Source: Eledone cirrhosa (Eukaryota). From it: DNA of 64,000 bases. Location: assembly GCA_964016885.1 (NCBI GenBank), contig OZ024748.1, positions 21,762,001 through 21,826,000 of the forward strand, given 5' to 3'. This document shows, one piece after another, positions 1 to 11,638 of the stretch. The position numbers were made by a program, and so were the translations under genes. The notes below the pieces were generated by a model. That model ran no database searches and was not told the origin of the DNA. It worked only from the letters and a program-made list of their open reading frames with translations. Numbering within the stretch: position 1 is the stretch's first letter; each line of letters starts with the position of its first letter.

Positions 1-640
1 ATATATACATACACACATATATATATACACACATATATATATATATATGTATACACACATACATATATATATATATAAATACATACACACATATATATAT
101 ATGTATACACACATACATATATAAACACACACACGTTTATATATATGCACACACACATATATATATACACACACATACATATATATATATACACACATAC
201 ATACACACACACATATATATATATACACATATATATATATATGTATACACACATACATATATATATATAAATACATACACATATATATATGTATACACAC
301 ATACATATATAAACACACACACGTTTATATATATGCACACACACATATATACACACACATACATATATTTACACATACATATATATATATACACACACAC
401 ATATATATATATATGTATACACACATATATATATATATAAATACATACACATATATATATATGTATACACACATACATATATAAACACACACACGTATAT
501 ATATATATGCACACACACACATATATATACACACACATACATATATTTACACATACATATATATATTTATACACACATATTTACACACACATATATATAT
601 ATATATTTACACATACACACATATATATATATATTATATA
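1..640. repeat. TA/CA compound microsatellite
   Basis: Direct reading. Confidence 0.95.
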
Positions 641-874
641 CATCTCTTATCTGATGACCTTATACAGGCGAAACTCCAGAGTAACAATATTCGCTATTTA
701 GCCTTAGTAAAACGAATATTTAAATTACTGGTTGAGAGAAAAGTACATATATATATTGTTATACTTTGGGAGGGTCATGCTGTCAATAAAAAACATACGC
801 ACCTGTGTTTTCACTTCAATTTATTACACATTTCAGGCTGGTTAGTTTAATAACCGGATGGTTGTTCATTTATT

Positions 875-919
875 GTCAAAGCTCTCTTTCGTCACACAAT
901 CTGTGACCTCCTCAGTGAC
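875..919 (-). ncRNA. Minimal type I hammerhead-like motif (family B)
   Basis: Minus strand reads gtca-CTGAGGA-g-gtcaca gattg tgtgac-GAAA-g agag c-TT-tgac. Confidence 0.55.
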
Positions 920-1025
920 CAATTTATTTTGTGTCGCTCCTTTGTTCTGACTTAACATTGAAAAAAAAAAAGACGAAAAACTGCGAATTATATTATGTAT
1001 ACACACACACACACACACACACATT

Positions 1026-1151
<126 letters not shown>

Positions 1152-1378
1152 AGTTCCAACAACAAATTAGCAAATCATACTTCAGTTCTTGAGTATGGTT
1201 TACTAATTTGTTGTGGAACTAACTATACCGAACTCGTCCACTGGACTCTACTTACTACGGAAATAACCTCCAGTTTTATTTTTACCTAAAAGATGTCAAC
1301 ATCTGTTATTTTTATCTAAAGACATTTTTTCCAAATCCACCCCGTCCGTCCCTTCAGTCTGTCTTATTCCTCATTCTT

Positions 1379-1414
1379 TCTTCTGATGAAAGACTAGCGT
1401 CCGAAACGTCAAGA
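1379..1414 (+). ncRNA. Minimal hammerhead-like motif (family C); degenerate second copy on the minus strand near 21836-21872
   Basis: tctt-CTGATGA-aa gac tagc gtc c-GAAA-CGTC-aaga; loopless palindromic ACGT stem III would need a dimer. Confidence 0.55.
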
Positions 1415-1565
1415 CCTTCTTCCTGCTATTTTAAGCGTTAACCTAATATATTCATTCCATATACTGTACCTATTGTGTTGTTATTTCTGTTTACCTTTTA
1501 CATATATATATTTCTTTGTATATATATATATACACACACACAACTTACCTGTCTTCTTCAAGATC

Positions 1566-1614
<49 letters not shown>

Positions 1615-1635
1615 CATCCCTCATATATTCATTTG

Positions 1636-1667
<32 letters not shown>

Positions 1668-1671
<4 letters not shown>

Positions 1672-2486
1672 AAAAAATATGACCCCGACGGCAGAGCTCA
1701 AGCCGTTTCGACGGCTATTTCTGGACTAAATTAGAATGTTTAGCCTGGTGAATAAATAGCCGAACTTTTCAAGGGGGGGGGGGGGTACTTCCTTATATGG
1801 GAAAATTGTAGTTGTCAAGAGGATTGGTTAAAATTTGTTGTAAACACAAATAAGTTTATCATGGCATTTGATGGGAGGTAGGGGTGGCTGAACTTGCCTG
1901 TAGTGAGTGGAGCAGTCAAGCGTTGAAAGTGATATGTATACAGCAGAATAGTGTATGAAGTGGAGGAGGGAGGTTATAAAATAGGTAAATCGAATGAGAG
2001 TAGGAGACAATAAAAGATAATAGAAAGAAATAAAAAAAATATATATATAAAATTAGATAGTGAGAAATGAATAAAAAAATCACAATGCTATTTTACAATT
2101 ACAGGTTAATAAGTTGAGAATAGAAAAAAACTTGTAGAAATTGAGTAGTACTAGAACTGATACAGAATTAAAGGGGTTTAACACGTCTGCTATAAGTAGT
2201 TAGTAAAAGGTATTCGGCCAATCCTATCTTAAAAATACAGGCGTGGGGGAACTGATGGGCTGTATCGGTGTAGGCGAAGGGGAAAAACAGACGAGGAAGT
2301 ACCCCCTTGAAAAGTTTGGCTATTTATTCACCAGGCTAAACATTCTAATTTAGTCCAGAAATAGCCGTCGAAACGGCTTGAGCTCTGCTGTCGGGGTCAT
2401 GTTTTCCTATTTCCCATTCTACTACCCTAAGTATTGAGTACTATGGTGCGTTGTGGTCCATCTGGTTCCTTACCACAATTCTTTTG

Positions 2487-2490
<4 letters not shown>
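1668..2490. mobile_element. Inverted-repeat element between (TA)n tracts (~125-bp arms, ~500-bp non-coding core)
   Basis: 1668-1793 is the reverse complement of about 2294-2410; same family as 59415-59671. Confidence 0.75.
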
Positions 2491-2545
<55 letters not shown>

Positions 2546-3479
2546 CATATAATGTGTGTGTTGTTGTTGGACCCCCGTCGTTGCTCCACTTACTTCAATC
2601 AACGGAACTGTCTGCATATGAAATTGACGTGTAAGTGACTGTGCGTTCCACAGGCAAGTGTACCCTTTAAGTAGTTCTCAGGGAGATTCAGCGGTTCACA
2701 GTGTGACAAGGCTGACCATTTGAATTACAGTTACAACTCATTTTTTTCAGCTGAGTGGACTGGAGGAGTAACGTAAAATAAAGTGTTGGTAAATTTATAG
2801 AACACCCCATTCGATTTCAGTGGAAAAATATTTTTTATTCCGTTTTTTTTTCGTATGCTATCAACTAATTTAACCTCCAAGATGCTCGCAATCACCCCCA
2901 CCCCGAGGAAACGGAGGGGGTGTGGTGCCACCTTCCTCTTCGGAGTTTTCTATACGATTTTTTTTTTTTTTTCGCGAGCTATCAACGAATATGAACTCCT
3001 CCCAGTCGAAAACGACTAGATTTGCAATAAAAGGAGGGTGAAAAGGGACGAAAAGACCATCGGAGTCTCGCAGGTCTACACATCTCTCGCATTTAGTGGG
3101 AAATAATAATTTTCCTTTGTTTTTCCTTGTGCTATCAACTAATCTGACCTCTTCGGTGCTCCCAATCGACTTTTTTTTTACAATGACAACCATAAGATCG
3201 AAGCTGTACGTGGATTGAGAGATGAGTGGAGACTGAAGGAGTTGGCGTCAGTCGCATGTGCTATTTTTAGCAGGAGGAGTGACACAGTTGTTTAGAATGA
3301 GCCTCTACCTCCCACTAGCACCTTATTACAACTTTCTCTCTTTCTCTATCTTCTTTATGGACTTGAAAACCAACCCTTCTCTCAATTTTCAAACTTTCTA
3401 ATAGATAAATGCTAAAACTATACAAGTTCTCGGTGACTTCGATCCTTTTGTATGGGTGCGAAAGTAGGACTTTCACAAC

Positions 3480-4615
3480 TAATATAGAACGAAGAATCCA
3501 GTGATTTGAGCGCAAGTACTTCAGGGGGTAGCTACATATCCCATACACGGAACATAAAACAAACAACATTGTCAGGCAACAAGTTAACAAATATACTGGC
3601 AGACAGGAACCACTCTTTGCAATAGTGAAAAGACGGAAGCTTGCCTGGTATGGTGATATATCCCGTCACAATTCCTTGTCCAAAACCATCCTTCAGGGTA
3701 CAGTCGAGAGATGGCGAAGAAAATGAAGGGGAAAAAAAATCCTGGTCTAACAACATCGAAGACTGAATTAGTAACAACACAGAGACCCTTCTACGCATGA
3801 CGGAGAATACTGACCAATGGCGACAACTGACTGCAAAGCCGTCTTGAGTGGCACCCCAAAGACTGGCTATACCTGTGGCACCCCAACGACTGGCTATACC
3901 TGTGGCACCCCAACGACTGGCTATACCTGTGGCACCCCAACGACTGGCTATACCTGTGGCACCCCAACGACTGGCTATACCTGTGGCACCCCAACGACTG
4001 GCTATACCTGTGGCACCCGAAAGACTGGCTATACCTGTGGCACCCCAAAGACTGGCTATACCTGTGGCACCCCAAAGACTGGCTATACCTGTGGCACCCC
4101 AAAGACTGGCTATACCTGTGGCACCCCAAAGACTGGCTATACCTGTGGCACCCCAAAGACTGGCTATACCTGTGGCACCCCAACGACTGGCTATACCTGT
4201 GGCACCCCAAAGACTGGCTATACCTGTGGCACCCCAACGACTGGCTATACCTGTGGCACCCCAAAGACTGGCTATACCTGTGGCACCCCAAAGACTGGCT
4301 ATACCTGTGGCACCCCAACGACTGGCTATACCTGTGGCACCCCAAAGACTGGCTATACCTGTGGCACCCCAAAGACTGGCTATACCTGTGGCACCCCAAA
4401 GACTGGCTATACCTGTGGCACCCCAACGACTGGCTATACCTGTGGCACCCCAAAGACTGGCTATACCTGTGGCACTCTAAAGACTGGCTGCACAAGCGGC
4501 ATCCCAATGACTGGCTACACCAGTGGCACCCTAACGACTGGCTGTACCAATAGCACATCTAGAGTGGCACCCCAACGCCTGGCTGCACCAGTACGGGAAT
4601 ATGATGATGAATAGA
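3480..4615 (+). mobile_element. 3' fragment of an RTE-clade LINE containing the 27-bp array
   Basis: Decayed reading KRRKLAWYGDISRHNSLSKTILQGTVE...SWSNNIED...W, typical of an RTE C-terminus; ends in gatgatga. Confidence 0.75.
3848..4590. repeat. 27-bp minisatellite (gtggcaccccaa[a/c]gactggctatacct), ~23 near-perfect plus ~4 degenerate copies
   Basis: Direct reading; gives 9-aa periodic ORFs. Confidence 0.97.
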
Positions 4616-5343
4616 TAAATAGATCAATAACCAATTAGATAAGATAGTCTGATAAAAAAAAAAAAAAGAACCTTGATTAACTGAAATCACGTATTGTTAG
4701 GTTATATCCTTTGTTTGTTATTTTCGGGGGGGAGGGGAGTTTTTATTTTCTAATGATAAGGATAATTTCGATTAATATATTCTAAGTCGAAGGTTAAAGT
4801 CGTGTTTCACGTTCGTTAAAATAAAGTACCAGTAATGTACTGGACTTTGCTGGCCTTGTGCTTAAAATAGAAACAATTATTTGTTGTTTTTTTTATGTCA
4901 AGAAACTTTTTATTTAATTTTTACTAGTTATACAATGGTGGAAATATAAAAACATTAGATAAAAACAAAATTAAGGAAAAAAATTCGGTGGGGTGACTAT
5001 ATAGGAAAGTAGGGGAAAGAGCTTTAAATGTGAAGAAAAGGAAGGAAAGATAAAGGACTAATAGGCTAGGAAAGAAAAGAGAGAGGGTGACAGACTCTGC
5101 GCATAGGTTGGGGCGGTGTTTCAGATCGAGCTGACATACATTCATATATGATAGTATATTCCTATTTAAAGCCTGACCACATCACGGTGCTCATGGCGAC
5201 GATGAGTGGTGGTAATTACGCATTTATCGGTCACATGAACCTTCTGGCTACTAGGTTGTCTCCCCTTCCTTACCGTTTATATATATATATATATATATAC
5301 AATGATATTAAATAAATGGAAATTATATTTATAAAACCATATT

Positions 5344-5407
5344 TATTTTATTATATATATTTCAAGGGTACCAAAAACTTTGGGTACGCTTTCATCAGAT
5401 AAAATAC
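5344..5407 (-). ncRNA. Type I hammerhead ribozyme motif (family A)
   Basis: Minus strand reads tattttat-CTGATGA-aag c gtacc [loop] ggtac c ctt-GAAA-tatata-TA-ataaaata: 8-bp stem I, intact core, short palindromic stem III. Confidence 0.7.
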
Positions 5408-6366
5408 AATGTGTGTTTTATAAATTTTGACATAGCTAAGGAACATATCTTAACGGTTGAAGTTTTCCTTGGATATCCCTTCTGCTTATATATATATAAA
5501 CAATGAGTTATATGCTTTGTTGATGATTATTCAACAGAATTATGTTCATAACAGATATGAAGCACTCTACAAAAGAAATTTTATTTGGAGTATTATTATA
5601 TTATTAATAGTAATAAATGGAAAATATATTTTCCATTTATTACTATTAATAATATATATATATTAATAGCAATATATATTTATCCTTATCGAGCCCTCTT
5701 TGGATTATTATTACTATATATATATATAAAATTTATTATTATTACTATATATATATATATAAAAACCCTGGTTATTATTCCTTATATATATAGAGATAGA
5801 TAGATATTAGAAAAAACGAGGAAGTTTCGTTTATATATGAAAAATATTTATTGCGTATCGACCGACCTACACTATATATATATGTGTGTGATTAAACCCT
5901 GGTTATTTATTCATTAAATATGTGTGCGTGTGTGATGTTACTATTAGAATATCATTTTCACTTTCAGTAGTTCCTAGAAACGAATAAAAGTGAAACTTTC
6001 CTTATCTACCAAGGAATATGTGGGCGTTTTACGTGATATAATATATTTTTGTTACATTTTTCTATTGATTCATAAAGATCAATTTGTTGCCTCAGATCCA
6101 GTTAATAACAATGATCTTCGATAAACATACAGAAACAGGAAAATATATAAAAGCGAACTAAGCTAGTCAATTTATATTCGTAAAAAAAAAGAAAAAATTC
6201 CAAAATTTAAATCAAGTAAATATTTTCCATGTATAATTATTAAAGACAACAACAAAATATTATTTATCTAATTAAAGAAACTTTCCTTTTAAAAAAATTG
6301 CTCTCACATCGTTATTAGTTTTGCTATAGTTGTTAGCTTTAGAGAGCTTTAGTTGAACGTTACAAG

Positions 6367-6481
6367 ATGTCGGAAAATGAAACTGTGGAAAACTTGGAGG
6401 CAACAACTTCACCTGTTGTACAGGCAGTAGCTGATGTTAGCACTACTTCACATAGTCCGTCACACCAAACTAAGGTTAAAG
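6367..6481 (+). CDS. ATG12: ATG12 coding exon 1 (MSENETVENLEATTSPVVQAVADVSTTSHSPSHQTKVK, phase 1)
   Basis: ATG at 6367 with an open frame to G|GTTAGT donor at 6482. Phase joins exon 2 (G+TT = Val). Low-complexity N-terminus as expected for ATG12. Confidence 0.8.
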
Positions 6482-6556
6482 GTTAGTAAAAAACTTTATT
6501 TATTTCTTTATGATGTGTATATATCTATATACACACACATATATATATAAGCGTGT

Positions 6557-6601
<45 letters not shown>

Positions 6602-6989
6602 AACAGAAAGCCGGACTAGAAAATTTACTTTAGAATTTTAATTCCTCGAAATACATATTTCGATGACATAGCTCTATCATCCGATTATGATTCAAGACTA
6701 GGCGATTTTATCAGGTTATTTGCAGAATTATGTAACAAGAATACGTCGAACCCAAACAGAATGGAAAGTAGGAGATGGGGAAACGCCTTCTCCATCCTGT
6801 CCGCCGGAGCTGTTGGGGGGCCCCATCGCGTAACATTCCATATTTAAGTATGTGCACTATCACATATTGGTGCTTTGTCTTTCTGAACACTCGATCGCTA
6901 AAATACTTGGTATTATATATATATATACAAACACTCCAAGTATAGCAATTAACGTGCACAATGCGATCATAAGTTTTTAAATGACCAGA

Positions 6990-7031
<42 letters not shown>

Positions 7032-8365
7032 AAGTTATAATTAGAGAAATTCAACCACTATTCATGAAGAAGTGTTTATTAGTTTACAATTGTAAACAAT
7101 TGTCTTGCATCATATACGTATTTGGAACACTGCTCTCGTTGCTACTAGCTTTTAATTTTCACGAACCAATCTCTACACTCTCTTCTTGGATTGGATTGTA
7201 AACATACCTATGATATATTTATATGTATATATTATACATAAGGGAAAAGGGTGTGAAAGGACAAACCACAACAAGAGGCGTTAGAGTTTGTCTCTAATAA
7301 CTTTTGGTATATAAAATCGCAAACAAGAACATGAAAGTTACTTACTTAGTTGTTATGTTTTCGCTTCCTGAATTTATTTTTTCCCACTTTTTCAATTATT
7401 TTGCGTCTCCACGACTATTCTTTCACTATATTCAATCTGTGACAGGATAGTCTGTACACTGCAATGGAAGTATGTATAGTCTATTTACTATCGCTTCTCC
7501 TGCTACCTCAACTGACTGCAGGGTAAAATGTCTCTCTTTCAGTTCTGTTTAATTTTTGCTTTCACTTTCAATTTCCTGTAACTCTTTCTTTCATTTTCAC
7601 ATTTTATATACCTAAAGAGAAACACACACCCACGTCTTTATTGCAAGGAATTAAACTATCACTTGATATATTTGTGTTCAGATATAGAGGCAATGTGTAT
7701 TAAAATAAACACGCGTGTGTTTTATGTACCCTGCGAACGATTCCTCCGTCATAGCTATAATATGACATTTAAATAATGGTTTCTTATATAGGCACAAGGC
7801 CAGCAATTTTGGGGGAGGGGAAAGTCGATTAAATCTCTAGTGCGTGGCAGGTACTTTATTTTATCGACCCCGCAAGGATGAAAGGCAAAGTTAAACTCGG
7901 CAGGATTTGAACTCAGATCATAAAGGGCCGTACTATGCTGCAAAGCATATATCTTTCTATTTGCTTCTTTATCTGTCCATCTCTCACTTTAAAAAGTTAC
8001 CAGTAGTTATTTACATTAAAAATTGACATATATTTTAAATTAGTCAGACAGCTGTAACTACAACCCTGGTGTTATATACAAGAAGTAACTACAACCCTGG
8101 TGTTATATACAAGGAGTGACTGCAACCTTAGTATTATATACAAGGAGGCTATGAATTTTCAGCAACAGAAACTTTTAACTGCTTTATAATTTACTCTGTT
8201 TTCCCCCGTTTTTTCTTATTTATGTTTCTCTTGTCCTCTTTTTTTTTGTCTTAATTGTAAGGGGTATTAGGTACCTCTCCTAGTCTGTCATAGCTTACTA
8301 GCTCTAGGCGGACATTTAAATTGATTAAATAAATAAATAAATGAATATATTACTCCTTGCTACAG

Positions 8366-8502
8366 TTGATGTTCTTTTGAAACCTGCTGGTGATGCTCCT
8401 ATCATGAAGAAGAAGAGATGGGCAGTAGAACGGAGTATGAAAGTCAGCTCAATATCTGAATTTATAAAGAAATATATCAAGTGTGATCCTACTGACTCTA
8501 TG
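8366..8502 (+). CDS. ATG12: ATG12 coding exon 2 (VDVLLKPAGDAPIMKKKRWAVERSMKVSSISEFIKKYIKCDPTDSM)
   Basis: tacag acceptor and gtatgt donor; LLKPAGDAPIMKKKRW is the ATG12 ubiquitin-like fold signature. Confidence 0.95.
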
Positions 8503-9135
8503 GTATGTAATTACTGTGATTCCATATTATAACACATCCTTCATGGCAAAGCAGCATGTCCACCTTGTGGTGAATCTTAAGATTAATTAGTTTGTAACCA
8601 GAACAATAGTCTGGATTCACTGTTTGACTGAGGTGATTAGAGAATAGAGAACTATGTTGTGGATCTGAATATTGGAGTCACCTCTCTTTACCACACATTA
8701 CTGCAGACTAACAAGCCACTTGTCAGTTTTGCAATACCGTTCTCAATCTGTGAGGTTGATTTTCAAATAGGTACATGCTATATTTCAGTTTAAGTATTTT
8801 GCTGTATATACGTAATGTAGTTTAAAGGCAAAAAACACAATATTGGGGAAGAATCAACCCCAGTACTGGGAGTGATTCTTCCCCTATATTTCTTTCTCCC
8901 CCCCCCCCCATCTCTCTCTCTCCCTCCTTTTCTGGAAGAAATCAACTATATTCAGACTTGGAGAAGAGATGGGCTCTGCCAGGTTTAAAATGCGCATGAT
9001 ATGCTATTTGTCACTACAGTCCCTCCTCCCTACAACCCCACCAAAAGATATGGGTTCATACCTACATATATATATGAAATGAAGCATCAACTATATTTGT
9101 TGACTAATTCTATTTTTCCTGTTTTATTTTTACAG

Positions 9136-9198
9136 TTTCTCTATGTGAGGCAATCATTTGCCCCTTCGTTAGACACACCAGTTGGCTGTTTGTTTGAT
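9136..9198 (+). CDS. ATG12: ATG12 coding exon 3 (FLYVRQSFAPSLDTPVGCLFD)
   Basis: Polypyrimidine tract plus tacag acceptor, gtaagt donor; FxYVxQSFAPS motif. Confidence 0.95.
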
Positions 9199-9636
9199 GT
9201 AAGTTAGTTTTTTTCTTCTTACTAAATCCTGCAATTTTTTTTTCCACCCTATAAAGTGGTCATTTTGGTGTCACGACAACAAACACCCAGTCCATCCTGC
9301 AAGTTAGTAGTACTGGTGCCGTGATAAAAAAGCACCCAGTCCACTCTGTAAGGTTGTCATACTGGTGACACAACAAAAAGCACCCCGTCAATGTTGTAAG
9401 GTTGTCATACAGAGACCGCAACAAAAAGCACCCAGTCCATCCTGTAAAGTTGTTGTACTGGTGTCACAAGAAAAAGCATCCAGTCCATTCTGTAAGGTGG
9501 TTGGCATTAGGAAGGGCATTGGTGAATGCAAGGCTATTGTAGAAGATACTTGCCCAAGGTGCCACATGGGACCGAAACTAGAACCACATGGTTGGCGAAA
9601 TGAACTCTTTAAACACACAGCCATATATGAATTTTA

Positions 9637-9670
<34 letters not shown>

Positions 9671-9676
<6 letters not shown>

Positions 9677-10130
9677 GATATTAAACAAATGGAAACTATA
9701 TTTATAAAACCATATTTATTTCATTATACATATTTCAGGGATACCATATTAAAAATATGGCATGCCTTCTTCAGATAAAATACAATATATAAGCAGTTTT
9801 ATAAATAAATTTGACGTACCATAGAATTTTGAACAACTTCCATTTAAAAAAGTTGTTTTTTTTAAATGGAAGTTGTTCAAAATTCTATGGTACGTCAAAT
9901 TTATTTATAAAACTGCTTATATATTGTATTTTATCTGAAGAAGGCATGCCATATTTTTAATATGGTATCCCTGAAATATGTATAATGAAATAAATATGGT
10001 TTTATAAATATAGTTTCCATTTGTTTAATATCGTATATCTACTCCAAAACTTGTTGAGTGCTTTATATCAGTTATAAAATATTTACTCGTTGTAACCCAA
10101 CAATTTTAAATAAAACTTTTGCATATATAT
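9671..10130. mobile_element. Fold-back non-autonomous element (Penelope-like family A) with ~180-bp inverted arms, in ATG12 intron 3
   Basis: 9671-9851 is the reverse complement of 9858-10038; bordered by TA runs; related pieces at 5290-5460, 49572-49720 and 59700-59880. Confidence 0.7.
9927..9992 (+). ncRNA. Type I hammerhead ribozyme motif (family A); mirror copy on the minus strand at 9717-9782
   Basis: tattttat-CTGAAGA-agg c atgccatatt ttt aatatggtat c cct-GAAA-tatgta-TA-atgaaata; stem II changes relative to the 5344 copy preserve pairing. Confidence 0.7.
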
Positions 10131-10145
10131 ATATGTATATGTATA

Positions 10146-10481
10146 CAGTGTACACCCGGCATTCACAGTCCCAGTTATTCACAGAATTTTCCTTAGAATC
10201 TAACTATTATTCACAGAATTGTAAATATATCCGCGATTTTTTAATGGCTATTTCGTGGCAATATATATTTTTTATGCTAAATTATTAATAACAATATACC
10301 ATATTTGCCAGCTGATTGAACGCCCTTTTGCATAAGGCGCTCCCTCTTTTTTTATTCTATTTTACATTCTATTTTGATATTATAGGTATTTTTTTTTATG
10401 GACCACATCCAATATTCGCGTTTTTTCACTCTTCGCAGGTGTTCTAGGAATGTAACCCCCACAAATACTGGGGGACAACTA
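10146..10481. mobile_element. Diverged pogo/Tigger-type MITE
   Basis: TA|cagtgtacacccggcattcacag ... cccacaaatactgggggacaacta|TA; imperfect TIRs. Confidence 0.5.
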
Positions 10482-10757
10482 TATATATATAATAATAATA
10501 ATAATAATTGTTTCTACTTTTGGCACAAGGCCAGCAATTACCCCAGTGCATTACTGGTACTTTTATCAACCCCGTAAGGATGAAAGGCAAAGTTAACTTC
10601 GGCGGAGGTTATTGTGTAGCACTTGACTATTTTCATTGGTAAGATGAGATAAGCTCGATGCACTTTACCATCTTCTGTTCTTCAGGAGTAAAAATCTAGA
10701 TGATTAAGATATCTTGTTATTAAGTGTGGTTCAGGTAGCAGAGCATTTAAAATTCAC

Positions 10758-10912
10758 AATTGTAATAAAGCCAAGGATAAATTATTATTTATTCATTCAT
10801 CTCTATGAACATTTCAACGTGGCTAGAATATCGCATTGATATTCTAGCCACGTTCAAATGTTTGTAGAGATGTATGAATAAATAATTTCTTATCCTTGGC
10901 TTTATTACAATT
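10758..10912. repeat. ~75-bp-arm near-perfect hairpin (MITE-like)
   Basis: aattgtaataaagccaaggataa...tggctagaatatc gcatt gatattctagcca...ttatccttggctttattacaatt. Confidence 0.85.
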
Positions 10913-10931
10913 TTGGAAGTATAAATAAATA

Positions 10932-11474
10932 CTTGGCATGGCAATAAAGTCTTTAGAATTGTAGGCTATGAGCCATATATAGCAGTAAATGTAGTTAATA
11001 TTAGTTGGAATTTGAACTTTGTTGTACGCATGTGATATTCTGTATGAATGCTGTATTTCGTCACATGCCTATGCATAATTATTTTGCTGTCATTCTTGTG
11101 AGTTTATGATACACGCATTGAACTGCTCAATCCGCAAAAGATTTTTTCCAGAGGAGAAAAGTGGCAATGATCAAACAATCACCTGTGGTCCCGACTTAAA
11201 TTTGTGCAATCGTTGGGTGTTCAAGTTATTAAAGCAACATCTTTAAAAATTTGTTTTCGCTTCATTAGAAGTGGTGGTAGATGAATCGTTGAGCTGGTTC
11301 TGATAATTGCCGAAGGAACGGTTCCAGAAAGAGTTAAATGCTTTGCATAAGCACTGTAAAGATGCTGTTGCATTCAATGGAGATTATATTTTACAGAATA
11401 AATATATTTTAGTTTCAATATGTTATGCATTTTCATCTAAAGGGTTATTCTAAAGACTTTATTGCCACACCAAG
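10932..11474 (+). mobile_element. Internally deleted mariner-type DNA transposon
   Basis: TA|cttggcatggcaataaagtctttagaat ... attctaaagactttattgccacaccaag|TA; remnant ELNALHKHCKDAVAFNGDYI resembles a mariner transposase C-terminus. Confidence 0.8.
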
Positions 11475-11551
11475 TATACATGAATTCTAATAAGTACATA
11501 TATATATATATATATATAGGTAGATATATATTGTTTGTTTGTATTTTCCAG

Positions 11552-11611
11552 TGTTATGGCAGTGATGGTAAACTGGTGCTTCATTATTGCAAGACTGCTG
11601 CATGGGGATAA
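11552..11611 (+). CDS. ATG12: ATG12 coding exon 4 ([19 protein letters not shown])
   Basis: ttttccag acceptor; [14 protein letters not shown] ending in the conjugating C-terminal Gly, then TAA. Spliced CDS is 375 nt = 124 aa + stop. Confidence 0.95.
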   Translation, partial: CYGSDGKLVLHYCKTAAWG

Positions 11612-11638
11612 AGTTGCACTGAAAATATGATTGATTAA

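Noticed and set aside
3791-4614. GTPKTGYTC / VAPQRLAIP / CHRYSQSLG repeat proteins
   Set aside because: Open in several frames only because the 27-bp unit lacks stops; embedded in a decayed LINE.
8054-8146. Short tandem repeats (~31 bp x3 here; ~43 bp x2.5 at 17300-17410; ~33 bp units at 19428-19530 and 19855-19945)
   Set aside because: Ordinary small intronic duplications or MITE-end stutters with no further structure.
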